This document shows, in pieces, positions 41,734 to 51,134 of a DNA stretch of 64,000 nt. The notes under the pieces are model-generated. The model worked only from the letters and a program-made list of their open reading frames with translations, was not told where the DNA came from and searched no databases. Location of the stretch: assembly GCA_002919235.1 (NCBI GenBank), contig PKEX01000037.1, forward strand, positions 1 through 64,000, given 5' to 3'. The DNA comes from Clostridia bacterium. GTDB lineage: Bacteria > Bacillota > Limnochordia > DTU080 > RSA5. The position numbers and the translations under genes are program-made. The number at the start of each line of letters is the position of its first letter. Positions within the stretch are counted from its first letter, which is position 1.

Positions 41734-42903
41734 ATGAGGAGCCCCGCGCGGGTCATAGGGATCGCGGCGCTGCTGCTGGCGGCGGTCTCGTCCGGCGTCT
41801 GTGCACAGGCTTTTTTTGACGTCAGCGCACCGTCGGCCATCTTGATCGCGGCCGACACGGGACAGGTGCTCTTTGAAAAGGACGCGGACCGGCCGTTCCC
41901 GCCGGCGAGCCTGGCGAAAGTGATGACGCTGCTCGTCGCGCTGGAAGCGGTGAACGCCGGCGAGGTGAGCCTGGACGATCCGGTCCGGGCCAGCGCCCGG
42001 GCCAGCTCCGCCACGGGCTCCGTGGTCTATCTTTCGCTGGGAGAGGTGCAGCCCCTGAGGCAGCTCCTCAAAGCCGTGGCCATCGCCGGAGCGAACGACG
42101 CGGCCATCGCCGTGGCAGAGTACGTGGCGGGCAGTGAAGCCGCTTTCGTCGAACGGATGAACCGCAGGGCACGGGAGCTGGGCATGATCGGCACGGTGTT
42201 CGCCAACTCCCACGGCCTGCCTCCCGGACCGGGAGAGCGGGAGGCGGTGACCACCGCCCGGGACATGGCCGTGGCGGCCCGGGCTTTGATCTCCGCCCAT
42301 CCCGAGGTGCTGGAGTGGACCAAAGTGCGGGTAGAGCCCTTCCGGCAGAGCCCGCCGTTCAACCTGTACAACACCAATGAACTGGTGGGACGGTACGAAG
42401 GACTGGACGGGCTACGGGCCGGATACCTCGAGGCGTCAGGTTGGCTTCTGATCGCCACGGCCCAGCGGGGAGAAACCCGGCTGATCTCCGTGGTGATGGG
42501 CGCCCGGGACCAGGCGGAGCGGCAAAGCGCCACGGTCACGCTCCTGGACTACGGGTTCCAGCGGTTCGTCCCGGTGACGCTGGCCGCGGAAGGGGTAGGG
42601 GAGCTCCAGATCCGGACGGGACAGCCCGAGCGGGTGCCGGTGCGCCTGGGGGAACCGCTGCGCCTCTTGGTGCCCCGGGGCGAGACCCGGGACGTGACGG
42701 CGGAGATCGTGGTGCGGGAGGGGCTCTCGCTGCCGGTGGAGGCGGGGGCCCCGGTGGGAGAGTACGTGGTCTCCATCGGCGGGCGGGAAGCGCTGCGGGT
42801 CCCGGTCTATACCGAACATGAAGTGAGGCGGGCCGGCTTTTTCGTGCGGCTTTGGCGCCAGGTAAGGGACTGGGCGGCGTCGCTCTTGGACAGGGCGAGC
42901 TGA
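41734..42903 (+). CDS. dacB: D-alanyl-D-alanine carboxypeptidase (S11, PBP5/DacB-like)
   Basis: Signal peptide, SLAK (SxxK), SHG (SxN) and KTG-like motifs. ATG 41734 after GGGGAGGG. Confidence 0.85.
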   Translation: MRSPARVIGIAALLLAAVSSGVCAQAFFDVSAPSAILIAADTGQVLFEKDADRPFPPASLAKVMTLLVALEAVNAGEVSLDDPVRASARASSATGSVVYLSLGEVQPLRQLLKAVAIAGANDAAIAVAEYVAGSEAAFVERMNRRARELGMIGTVFANSHGLPPGPGEREAVTTARDMAVAARALISAHPEVLEWTKVRVEPFRQSPPFNLYNTNELVGRYEGLDGLRAGYLEASGWLLIATAQRGETRLISVVMGARDQAERQSATVTLLDYGFQRFVPVTLAAEGVGELQIRTGQPERVPVRLGEPLRLLVPRGETRDVTAEIVVREGLSLPVEAGAPVGEYVVSIGGREALRVPVYTEHEVRRAGFFVRLWRQVRDWAASLLDRAS

Positions 42904-42956
42904 CGTCCCTCCGGCCGGCTCTATCTGGAACAGCGACACACGAGGAGGAGTGCGCC

Positions 42957-44474
42957 TTGGCAGGAAGCCGAGTCGAAGATCATCCGTCGTACCAAAAGCT
43001 CTTGGAGATCATGGGGACCCTCGAGGACCTGGGCGGGGCCTTGGCCTTGCTCAACTGGGACCAGAGCGTCAACATGCCCCAGGCCGCCGCGGCCGAGCGG
43101 GCTCGGCAGAGGGCGACGCTGGCCCGGTTCATCCACGAGATGGCCACCTCCGACCAGGTGTTGGGCTTGCTTCAGGAACTCGCGAGCCAGGTAGACCTCG
43201 ACTCCCTGGAGGACGCTCCCAGCATGATCCGGGTGGCGCTGCGGGATGTGGAGAAGCGGCGCAAGCTCCCGGCCGAGTTCGTCGCCCGCAAGGCGGAGGC
43301 GGTGGGGATCGCCCAGACCCATTGGGAGCAGGCGAAGCAGGCCAAGGATTTTTCGCTCTTTCGGGACGATCTCAAGCGCATCGTCGAGCTGGCCATCGAA
43401 GAGGCGGAGCTCCTGGGCTACGAAGAGGACCCCTATGACGCCCTGCTGGACAACTACGAGCCCGAGACCCGTACGGCCGACGTCGAGCGGGTGTTCCGCG
43501 AGCTTCGCGACGAACTGGTCCCCATGATCCGGGCCATCGGCGAGCGGCCGCAGGTGGACGACAGTTTCCTTTACCTCGCCTACGACCGGAAGAAGCAGTG
43601 GGACTTCGGCATCGAAATGCTGAAGGCCATCGGCTTTGACCTCGAGCGAGGGCGGCAGGACTACTCGGCCCACCCGTTCACCATCGGCATCTCCGGGAGC
43701 GACGTGCGGATTACCACCTTCGCCGCGGACGACCTGAAACCCGCGCTCTTCGCGACGCTCCACGAGGGCGGGCACGGGATCCACGACCAGGGGACGCCGG
43801 CGCGCTACCGCCGGACGGTGCTGGGGGGCCCGCCGGGCCTGGGCATCTGCGAGTCGCAGTCCCGGCTGTTCGAGAACGTCATCGGCCGGTCCAAGCTCTT
43901 CTGGTCGCACCATTACCCCAGGCTGCAGGAGTACTTCCCCGAGCAGCTGGGCGGGGTGGACCTCGACCGGTTTTACAAGGCCATCAACAAGGTGGAGCCC
44001 TCGCTGATCCGGGTGGAGGCGGACGAGCTCACGTACCACCTGCACATCATCATCCGCTTTGAGCTAGAACGGGCGCTGATCCACGGCAAGCTCCGCGTGG
44101 ACCAGCTGCCGGAGGCGTGGGACGCCAAGATGGAAGAGTACCTGGGCATCCGGCCGCCCGACCCGTCCCAGGGCGTCCTCCAGGACACCCACTGGGCCAT
44201 CGGCGCCATCGGCTACTTCCCTACGTACAGCCTGGGTTCGCTGCTGGCCAGCCACTGGTACCAGCTGGCCGTGACCGAGCGGCCGGAGGTGGAGGAGGAG
44301 CTGGCCCAGGGCCGCTGCGACGCCTTGCGGGCCTGGCTCGAAGAGCGGGTCTACAGCTACGGCCGGAAGCTCTCCCCGCCCAAGCTGGTGGAGGCGGTGA
44401 CGGGAGGCCCGATCACCCCGAGGCCGTTCCTGGAGTACGCCCGGGCGAAGTTCGGAGAGATCTACGGCTTCTGA
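42957..44474 (+). CDS. M32 carboxypeptidase (carboxypeptidase Taq family)
   Basis: HEGGHGIHD (HExxH) with M32 architecture. TTG 42957 six nt after GAGGAGGAG. Confidence 0.85.
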   Translation: MAGSRVEDHPSYQKLLEIMGTLEDLGGALALLNWDQSVNMPQAAAAERARQRATLARFIHEMATSDQVLGLLQELASQVDLDSLEDAPSMIRVALRDVEKRRKLPAEFVARKAEAVGIAQTHWEQAKQAKDFSLFRDDLKRIVELAIEEAELLGYEEDPYDALLDNYEPETRTADVERVFRELRDELVPMIRAIGERPQVDDSFLYLAYDRKKQWDFGIEMLKAIGFDLERGRQDYSAHPFTIGISGSDVRITTFAADDLKPALFATLHEGGHGIHDQGTPARYRRTVLGGPPGLGICESQSRLFENVIGRSKLFWSHHYPRLQEYFPEQLGGVDLDRFYKAINKVEPSLIRVEADELTYHLHIIIRFELERALIHGKLRVDQLPEAWDAKMEEYLGIRPPDPSQGVLQDTHWAIGAIGYFPTYSLGSLLASHWYQLAVTERPEVEEELAQGRCDALRAWLEERVYSYGRKLSPPKLVEAVTGGPITPRPFLEYARAKFGEIYGF

Positions 44475-44590
44475 GCGGGACGCCTTCTGGACGGCACCCG
44501 TCAAAATGTGGGAAAATAGGCGCGTCCGCCGCGGGCGGCGCGGGGGAAAGCCGCGGGTTCGCGGCCGCAAGGCGCTGGCGAGGTGAGAGG

Positions 44591-45994
44591 ATGCAAGCAG
44601 ACATCGGGCTGATCGGCCTGGCCGTGATGGGCCAGAACCTGGTCCTGAACATGGAGAGCAAAGGGTACACGGTGGCCGTGTATAACCGCACCACCAGCAC
44701 CACCCAGGCCTTCGTGAGCGAGAGAGCGGCGGGAAAGGCGGTCATCCCCGCCTACACCCTCGAGGAATTCGTCCAGGCTCTCAAGCGTCCCCGGAAAGTG
44801 ATGCTGATGGTGAAGGCCGGCGCGCCCGTCGACGCCGTCATCGAGCAGCTGCTGCCGCTGCTGGAGCCGGGCGACATCGTCATCGACGGGGGCAACTCCT
44901 TCTTCAAAGACACCATTCGCCGGCACGAGGCGCTGAAGGCCCGGCAGGTCCACTTCCTCGGCGTCGGAATCTCGGGCGGGGAAGAGGGCGCGCTCAAAGG
45001 GCCCAGCATCATGCCGGGGGGACCTAAAGAGGCGTGGGACGCGGTCAGCTCGATCTTTACCGCTATCTCCGCCAAGGTGAACGGCGATCCGTGCTGCGCG
45101 TACCTGGGCGGCGACGGGGTCGGGCACTTCGTCAAGATGGTGCACAACGGCATCGAGTACGGCGACATGCAGCTCATCAGCGAGGCCTACTTCCTCATGA
45201 AGGAGCTGGCCGGCATGAGCGCCGCGGAGATGAGCGAGGTGTTCGCCCGGTGGAACGAAGGCGAGCTCCAGTCGTACCTCATCGAGATCACCGCGGACAT
45301 CCTGCGGCGCGTCGATCCTGAGACCGGAAAGGCCCTGGTGGACGTGATTCTCGATGAGGCGGGGCACAAGGGGACCGGGATGTGGACGTCTCAAGTCGCC
45401 CTGGAGCTCGGGGTTCCGGCGCCGACCATCACGGAAGCCGTCTACGCCCGCTACATCTCCGCCCTGAAAGCCGAGCGGACGGCGGCCGCGGCCGTCCTCC
45501 AGGCTCCCGAGACCCGGGTCTCCGTGGACCGGGAGGAATTGGTGGAACAGGTCCGGCAGGCGCTTTTCGCCGCCAAGGTCTGCTCCTACGCGCAAGGGTT
45601 CGCCATCTTGGACCGGGCGGCAGAAGAGTACGGCTGGCAGTTGGACAAGGGCGTCATCGCCTCCATTTGGCGAGGCGGATGCATCATCCGGGCGCAGTTC
45701 CTCGACTCGATCCGCGAGGCGTACGACCAGGATCCGGGGCTCAAGAACCTCCTGCTGGCCCCGTATTTTAAGGAAGTGGTCACCCGGGCGCAGGAGGGGT
45801 GGCGGCGCGTGGTGGGGCTGGCGGCGGCCGCGGGCCTGCCCGTGCCCGGTTTGAGCTCGGCTCTGGCGTACTACGACCTGTACCGTCACGCGCGGCTGCC
45901 GGCCAACCTCATCCAGGCGCAGCGCGACTACTTCGGCGCCCACACCTACCGGCGGGTCGACAAGGAAGGCGTCTTTCACACCCAATGGGTTTAG
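44591..45994 (+). CDS. gnd: 6-phosphogluconate dehydrogenase, decarboxylating
   Basis: IGLIGLAVMGQNL Rossmann motif, full length (467 aa). Confidence 0.9.
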   Translation: MQADIGLIGLAVMGQNLVLNMESKGYTVAVYNRTTSTTQAFVSERAAGKAVIPAYTLEEFVQALKRPRKVMLMVKAGAPVDAVIEQLLPLLEPGDIVIDGGNSFFKDTIRRHEALKARQVHFLGVGISGGEEGALKGPSIMPGGPKEAWDAVSSIFTAISAKVNGDPCCAYLGGDGVGHFVKMVHNGIEYGDMQLISEAYFLMKELAGMSAAEMSEVFARWNEGELQSYLIEITADILRRVDPETGKALVDVILDEAGHKGTGMWTSQVALELGVPAPTITEAVYARYISALKAERTAAAAVLQAPETRVSVDREELVEQVRQALFAAKVCSYAQGFAILDRAAEEYGWQLDKGVIASIWRGGCIIRAQFLDSIREAYDQDPGLKNLLLAPYFKEVVTRAQEGWRRVVGLAAAAGLPVPGLSSALAYYDLYRHARLPANLIQAQRDYFGAHTYRRVDKEGVFHTQWV

Positions 45995-46013
45995 GCGCCG
46001 GGACGGGCGAAAC

Positions 46014-46047
46014 AAAGGACCGCACGGGGTTTCCGTGCGGTCCTTTT
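46014..46047. terminator. Strong bidirectional intrinsic terminator
   Basis: 14-bp stem aaaggaccgcacgg / ccgtgcggtccttt with loop ggttt, then a T-run. Serves gnd (plus strand) and the convergent small ORF (minus strand). Confidence 0.85.
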
Positions 46048-46089
46048 AGGGGGGGAGGGTGTATTGGGTTGTTGCAGGAAACTTGTATG

Positions 46090-46209
46090 TTATCGCACCG
46101 CGCTGTGAGGCCGGGGTTTCATCGCCTCGCGGGCAGTGCGCTCGCGTTCGGCTTCACGAAGCAGTTCGCTGTAGTGGCTCTTGGCCATCAGGGTCCACGC
46201 CTGGATCAT
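46090..46209 (-). CDS. Candidate 39-aa small protein (MIQAWTLMAKSHYSELLREAERERTAREAMKPRPHSAVR)
   Basis: Below the ORF-track size cutoff. ATG preceded by GGAGGTGG with a 7-nt spacer; upstream TTGTAG, 16-nt spacer, TATACT. Ends at the bidirectional terminator. Confidence 0.35.
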   Translation of the reverse strand: MIQAWTLMAKSHYSELLREAERERTAREAMKPRPHSAVR

Positions 46210-46353
46210 CTCTGGACCACCTCCAAGCGCGGGACTCGTCGTGTCCCACAGGGATCATCATCGTCCCTTCGCTTCCAGTATACCGCGTTTCGCGGTGGCT
46301 ACAAGGTCTCAGGGCGAAGATTAACAAAACCTTAACAAAGCCGGTGAATCAGG

Positions 46354-47010
46354 GTGTGGATGGATCGAAGCGCCTCGCTGGCAAAGGCGAGCAAAGGCCT
46401 GAAACGGCAGGTCGTGCAGGGGATCGCCGCCGTGCTTTGCACCGTGCTGGCGGCCGTGGCCTTCCCGGCTCTCGGGTCCGGTTTGCCCGAGTCCTCGGCG
46501 CTCATCGCGCGCTACTGCGAGCCCGAGGACGGCCTCCGGCGGGGAGTGACCGAGGCGTGGTGCGCGATGGAGCTTTCCCGGATCCGGCTCCGCGGGTCCG
46601 GCGAGGACGGGCCGGAGGAAAGCGTGTCCTTGGAGGTGCTGGTCGCGGCCGACGAGCGGAGCCGGCTCGCCGGCTACCAGTGGATCGATCCTGCGCTGGC
46701 CGGATCCACGGCGACGCTCTTCCTCTTCCCGCGCCCGGTGCACGGGGCGTTTCACATGTGCAACGTGGATGCGCCCCTCTGGATCGTCTGGTACCGGGAA
46801 GACGGGAGCCCGCTGGACGTGGCGCTGATGCTCCCCGGCCAGGACGTCCCGGCGGCCCTGTGCCGCGACCTCTATGCGCCTCGCCGCCCGGAGACGTACC
46901 GGTACGCCTTGGAGATCGGCGTCGAGCTGGCGCAGCGGCTCGGCCTCGACCGGCAGCGGCTCTCCCGGCTCCGGCTGGAGCTTGAGCCGTGGATGAACGA
47001 AGCCCGCTGA
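46354..47010 (+). CDS. DUF192 (COG1430) domain protein with N-terminal signal/TM
   Basis: DUF192-like core (...FLFPRPVHGAFHMCNVDAPLWIVWYREDGSPLD...YRYALEIGV...). Start is GTG 46354 or ATG 46360. Confidence 0.6.
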   Translation: MWMDRSASLAKASKGLKRQVVQGIAAVLCTVLAAVAFPALGSGLPESSALIARYCEPEDGLRRGVTEAWCAMELSRIRLRGSGEDGPEESVSLEVLVAADERSRLAGYQWIDPALAGSTATLFLFPRPVHGAFHMCNVDAPLWIVWYREDGSPLDVALMLPGQDVPAALCRDLYAPRRPETYRYALEIGVELAQRLGLDRQRLSRLRLELEPWMNEAR

Positions 47011-47032
47011 CACCGCGAGAGGAGGGATCGAC

Positions 47033-48211
47033 GTGCGAAACCCAAGAGCGTGGAGATGGCTTGCGGGCGCCGCACTTTGGCTGCTCGTCGTAGGGCTCTC
47101 GCCCTGGGCCCGGGCGCAAGAGACCCTTTCGGTTCCCCGCTTTCGCTTGGAGCCGGTGGCGTCCGGCTTTGTGCAGCCGCTGTGGGTGACGTATGCCCCG
47201 GGGGATCCGGACAGCCTTTTCGTGGTGGAGAAGGTCGGGCGGATCCGGCGGGTGGCGGGCGGGCAGGTGGACCCCGAACCCTTGCTGGACCTGCGGCATG
47301 AGGTTTCGGGCGGGTACGAGCAGGGCCTTCTATCCCTCGCCTTCCATCCCCGTTTTGAAGAGAACCGCACGTTCTTCGTGTACTACACGGACCGGCAGGG
47401 GACGGTGCGGGTAGTCCGCTTCCGGGCGTTTCCCGACCGGTACGCGGCGGACCCGTCGAGCCGCACGGAGATCTTGGCCATCCCCCAGCCGGCGGCCAAC
47501 CACAACGGCGGCATGATGGCCTTCGGCCCCGACGGCTATCTCTACATCGGGACCGGCGACGGCGGCCGGGCGGGCGATCCGTGGGGGAACGCTCAAAACC
47601 TTTCGAGCCTGCTGGGAAAGGTGCTCCGGATCGACGTGGACGGGGGAGAGCCGTACGCGATCCCGCCGGACAACCCCTTCGTGGGCCGCAGGGACGCCCG
47701 GCCCGAGATCTGGGCCTACGGCTTGCGCAATCCGTGGAGGTTCTCCTTCGACCGGGAGACCGGTGATCTTTACATCGCCGACGTCGGCCAGGAGAACTGG
47801 GAGGAGATCAACTATGCGCCCCGGTCGAGCACCGGGGGTGAAAACTACGGCTGGAATATCATGGAGGGCAGGCACTGCTATCCTCCGGGCTCCCGCTGCC
47901 GTCCGGACGGCCTGGTACTCCCGGTGGCCGAGTACCACCACCGGGCGGAACAGGCATGCTCGATCACCGGCGGGTACGTCTACCGGGGAAGCCGCTATCC
48001 GGAGCTTCGGGGTTGGTACTTCTTCGGCGACTATTGCTCGGGGCAGATCTACGTGATGGAGACGCCCGGCATGGCGGGAAACCGCGGCGAGCTGCGCTGG
48101 GCGCGCGCCCTGGCCACGTCGATCCGCATCTCTTCCTTCGGCGAGGACGCTGCCGGTGAGCTGTACGTCACTGACCTTCAGGGCGGCGGTGTCTACCGCA
48201 TCGCCCGCTGA
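47033..48211 (+). CDS. PQQ-dependent soluble sugar (glucose/sorbosone) dehydrogenase, secreted
   Basis: Signal peptide plus GSDH beta-propeller motifs (HNGG, GDGG...DPW, YGLRNPWR). GTG 47033 after GAGAGGAGGG. Confidence 0.8.
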   Translation: MRNPRAWRWLAGAALWLLVVGLSPWARAQETLSVPRFRLEPVASGFVQPLWVTYAPGDPDSLFVVEKVGRIRRVAGGQVDPEPLLDLRHEVSGGYEQGLLSLAFHPRFEENRTFFVYYTDRQGTVRVVRFRAFPDRYAADPSSRTEILAIPQPAANHNGGMMAFGPDGYLYIGTGDGGRAGDPWGNAQNLSSLLGKVLRIDVDGGEPYAIPPDNPFVGRRDARPEIWAYGLRNPWRFSFDRETGDLYIADVGQENWEEINYAPRSSTGGENYGWNIMEGRHCYPPGSRCRPDGLVLPVAEYHHRAEQACSITGGYVYRGSRYPELRGWYFFGDYCSGQIYVMETPGMAGNRGELRWARALATSIRISSFGEDAAGELYVTDLQGGGVYRIAR

Positions 48212-48278
48212 CTCCTGCCGGGACCATCAGGCCCCGCACGAAACGGTCGAGGCGCCCAAACCGGGCGCCTCGTTCGCT

Positions 48279-48980
48279 CTAGGCCTGCTGCACCTCGTTG
48301 GCGGCGGGAGCGAGCCGCTGCACCCGCACCTCCGCCAGCGCCTCCCGGGAGATGGCCTTGCGCTGGCCGCCGATGGTGATAAACATGGGGCCGTTGAAGG
48401 GAGCGATCTCGTCCACGCGCACCTCGACGCCGGGCAAGATCCCCTGTTCCGTCAGGTACTGGAGCAGCTCGCTGTCCCTTTCGGGCAGGCTGATCACCCG
48501 GGCCTCGTCGCCGGGCTCCAGCACGCTCATGCTTTCCAGGAGCGGGCAGCTCACCCGGCCCTCCAGCGACGGGATGGGAAAGCCGTGCGGGCAGGTCTCC
48601 GGATCGCCCAGCACCTCGACGAGGCGCTCCTCCACGATGTCGCTGAGGGCGTGCTCCAGCTTGCACGCTTCGTCGTAAATCAGCGGCAGCGGCAGGTGGA
48701 GGATGTCGCTGAGGAGACGTTCGGCCAGCCGCATTCTCCTCACCAGCCGGCGGGCGTCGGCCGCTCCCTGTTCGGTGAGGGTGATCCCGTCGGAGCCGGT
48801 GGTGTCCACCAGGCGGTTCTGCTCCATCCGCTTGATCATCTCCGACGCGGAGGCGGGGGATACGCCCATGAACTCCGCCACCTTGGTCACCGTCACCGGG
48901 GGGGACTCCTGCCCAAGGAGGAGGATCGCCTTGAGATACATCTCAGCCTTCTCGGTCCTACCGATGTTGTGAGTTGCCAC
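48279..48980 (-). CDS. DtxR/IdeR/MntR-family metal-dependent regulator with C-terminal FeoA/SH3-like domain
   Basis: HTH (TEMYLKAI...VAEFMGVSPASASEMIKRM), metal-site residues, FeoA-like C-terminus. GTG 48980 after AAGGAGGGTG. Confidence 0.8.
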   Translation of the reverse strand: MATHNIGRTEKAEMYLKAILLLGQESPPVTVTKVAEFMGVSPASASEMIKRMEQNRLVDTTGSDGITLTEQGAADARRLVRRMRLAERLLSDILHLPLPLIYDEACKLEHALSDIVEERLVEVLGDPETCPHGFPIPSLEGRVSCPLLESMSVLEPGDEARVISLPERDSELLQYLTEQGILPGVEVRVDEIAPFNGPMFITIGGQRKAISREALAEVRVQRLAPAANEVQQA

Positions 48981-49452
48981 TCACGTCACCCTCCTTGAGA
49001 AGTACGGCCTCGCCCGTCTCCTGGGAGCGGCAGGCCGCGCAGCGCCCGCGGTAGATCACGTCGCGCTCTTCCACCACGAACCCCAGGTCGGATTCGAGCG
49101 CGCTCTCCGTGTCGTCGTCCAGGTCCAGGGGATGGTCGATGATCCGGCCGCAGCTCCGGCAGACGAAGTGCGCGTGAGGCGCCGGGTTGGGATCCACCCG
49201 CACGCTTCCCGTCCCCAGGGCCACCAGGCGGATCATGCCCAGCTCGGCCAGTTCGGCCAGGGTGGAGTAGACGGTCTTTAAAGAGATGGTGGGCATCTCT
49301 TCCATGGCCCGCAGGTGAAGCGCCTCCACCGTGGGGTGCTCGTGCTGGTCGTGCGCCTTCTCCACCAGCGTGCAGAGGAGCTGCCTCTGGGGCGTGATCT
49401 TCATTCCCTTGCGGCGAAACGCCGCGATGAGCTCTTCCGCCAGGACGGCCAT
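48958..49452 (-). CDS. fur: Fur-family metalloregulator (Fur/Zur/PerR)
   Basis: HxH metal motif and two CxxC pairs (CRSCGRII...CAAC). Overlaps the dtxR-like gene by 23 nt. Start is ATG 49452 or GTG 49461. Confidence 0.8.
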   Translation of the reverse strand: MAVLAEELIAAFRRKGMKITPQRQLLCTLVEKAHDQHEHPTVEALHLRAMEEMPTISLKTVYSTLAELAELGMIRLVALGTGSVRVDPNPAPHAHFVCRSCGRIIDHPLDLDDDTESALESDLGFVVEERDVIYRGRCAACRSQETGEAVLLKEGDVSGNSQHR

Positions 49453-49481
49453 ATGGATCACCGCGTTCTGCGACGTAATCT

Positions 49482-49533
49482 ACAATGATTGTTAACTACT
49501 ATCGATTATAGATACGGTCGCTGCCGGGGTCAA
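49482..49533 (-). promoter_or_regulatory. fur promoter (TTGACC, 17-nt spacer, TATAAT) with palindromic operator ACAATCATTGT at the TSS
   Basis: Minus strand: TTGACC (plus 49528-33), exact 17-nt spacer, TATAAT (plus 49505-10). An 11-bp perfect palindrome at plus 49482-92 resembles Fur/PerR-box half-sites. Confidence 0.6.
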
Positions 49534-49637
49534 GGGAAGGCGGGCGGGGAGGAGTTGGGCGGTCCGGGGCGGAAGTGAAGTGATTCACAGGTTCAAGCCA
49601 GGCAGTTCACAGGGGCCAGAGGCGGGAGGTGGGGTGC

Positions 49638-50390
49638 GTGGAGCAGCTCTATCCCGTGCGCCGGAGCGTCGCCGATCCCCTTTCCATCTACGACGATCTC
49701 CAGCTTCCCGGGGAGATGGAAGGCAGGCCCTTCGTCGCCGTCAACATGGTCTCCACCGTGGACGGGAAGATCACACTGAACAAGAAGGAACGGGCAGAGC
49801 CCATCGGAAGCCCCGTCGACCGGGAGCTGATGAAGCGGATCCGCTTCCATTTCGACGCGGTCCTGCGGGGCGCCGAGACGGTCCGCGCCAACCCGCACTT
49901 TCCCGGGGTGCCCGGGCCGCTGGCGGACCGCCGGGAACACGCGGGAAAGAGCCGGCAGCCCCTGGGCGTCATCGTCTCGGGCTCGCTGGACCTTCCCTTT
50001 GAATCCCCCTACTTCGAAGCCGGGCCGGCCGTCATCTTGACGACGGCCTCCTCCGACCCGGAAAAGCGGCGCCTGGCCGGCCGGTATGCCCGGGTGGAGG
50101 TGGCGGGAGAGGATGCCGTCGATCCGCGGCGGGCCCTCGACATCCTTTACCGGGAGTACGGCGTCAAGCGGCTGCTGGTGGAGGGCGGGGCAGCGCTCAA
50201 CTACAGCTTTGCCCGGAGCGGCGCCCTGGACCTGCTCTTTTGGACCTTGGCTCCCAAGATCGGCGGCTTTGGGGAAGACCTGACCATGGTGTCGGGACCC
50301 GCGGTCATCCGGCCCCTGCCCAGGCTGGAGCTGGAGAGTCTCTATCTCCACCAGGACGAGCTCTACTTCTGCTGGCGCTTCGCCCGGTGA
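49638..50390 (+). CDS. RibD C-terminal-domain / dihydrofolate-reductase-like protein
   Basis: DHFR-like fold (PFVAVNMVSTVDGKITL...). GTG 49638 eight nt after GGGAGG. Confidence 0.65.
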   Translation: MEQLYPVRRSVADPLSIYDDLQLPGEMEGRPFVAVNMVSTVDGKITLNKKERAEPIGSPVDRELMKRIRFHFDAVLRGAETVRANPHFPGVPGPLADRREHAGKSRQPLGVIVSGSLDLPFESPYFEAGPAVILTTASSDPEKRRLAGRYARVEVAGEDAVDPRRALDILYREYGVKRLLVEGGAALNYSFARSGALDLLFWTLAPKIGGFGEDLTMVSGPAVIRPLPRLELESLYLHQDELYFCWRFAR

Positions 50391-50402
50391 CGTGCAGCCC
50401 GG

Positions 50403-51134
50403 CTAGCGGGACGGCTCGGCTTCGCTTTCGTCTTCGATGACGATGGAGAGCCTCAGGGGCTTGCCGGGTGCCGAGACCGAGATGAACTCTTCGGTACTCC
50501 CCTCGCGAAACAGCACCCAAGCGGCTTCCAGCGTGGAGTCCTCCCGCTCCACCGTGACGTCGCCCCTCATCAGGATCAGGCGGTCCTCCTCGCCCAGCCC
50601 GGCGAGGAAGCCCAGGACGATCTCCCGCGTCTCGCCCGGGGGCAGCGATTCGAGGAGCTCCTGAAGGAGCTGCTCCACCCGGGAGCGGCGGTCGACGATC
50701 AAGAGCTCTCCGAAGGCCTTCATCCCCTCGCTGTGGTAGAGGACTTCCCCTTCGGCCCGCAGCGTTTCGTCCTCGAACGCGATAGAAATCATTTGGATCG
50801 CGGAGACTGTGAACGCGTCTTCACCCGAACGGGAGAGAGTGGCGGGCCGGTCCTTCGTCCCGGTCGCGACGAACAGCTCCGTGCTGCTGTCGAAGCGGCC
50901 CGCGGCGCCGCTCACGGTGTACTCTTCCGATTCGGCGACAAATTCGGGCAAGATCAGGATCTGGGCGCCGTCAGCCTGCTCGACCCGCAGGGCCGGGGCG
51001 TCGATCACCACGGTCCGGGCCGCCGCGGCCGGCGCGGCCGCGACGACGGCAGCTGCCACCAGGCCGGCGGCGAGGCGAACGAGGCGAAAGGCGCGTGCCG
51101 CGAACCGGCGGGACGGGGGACAGGAGGATCGCAT
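50403..51134 (-). CDS. Hypothetical secreted protein, possibly OstA/LptA-like beta-jellyroll
   Basis: Signal peptide MRSSCPPSRRFAARAFRLVRLAAGLVAAAVVAAAPAAAA, then a beta-rich body. ATG 51134 after GAGGTGAGG. Family assignment is weak. Confidence 0.4.
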   Translation of the reverse strand: MRSSCPPSRRFAARAFRLVRLAAGLVAAAVVAAAPAAAARTVVIDAPALRVEQADGAQILILPEFVAESEEYTVSGAAGRFDSSTELFVATGTKDRPATLSRSGEDAFTVSAIQMISIAFEDETLRAEGEVLYHSEGMKAFGELLIVDRRSRVEQLLQELLESLPPGETREIVLGFLAGLGEEDRLILMRGDVTVEREDSTLEAAWVLFREGSTEEFISVSAPGKPLRLSIVIEDESEAEPSR

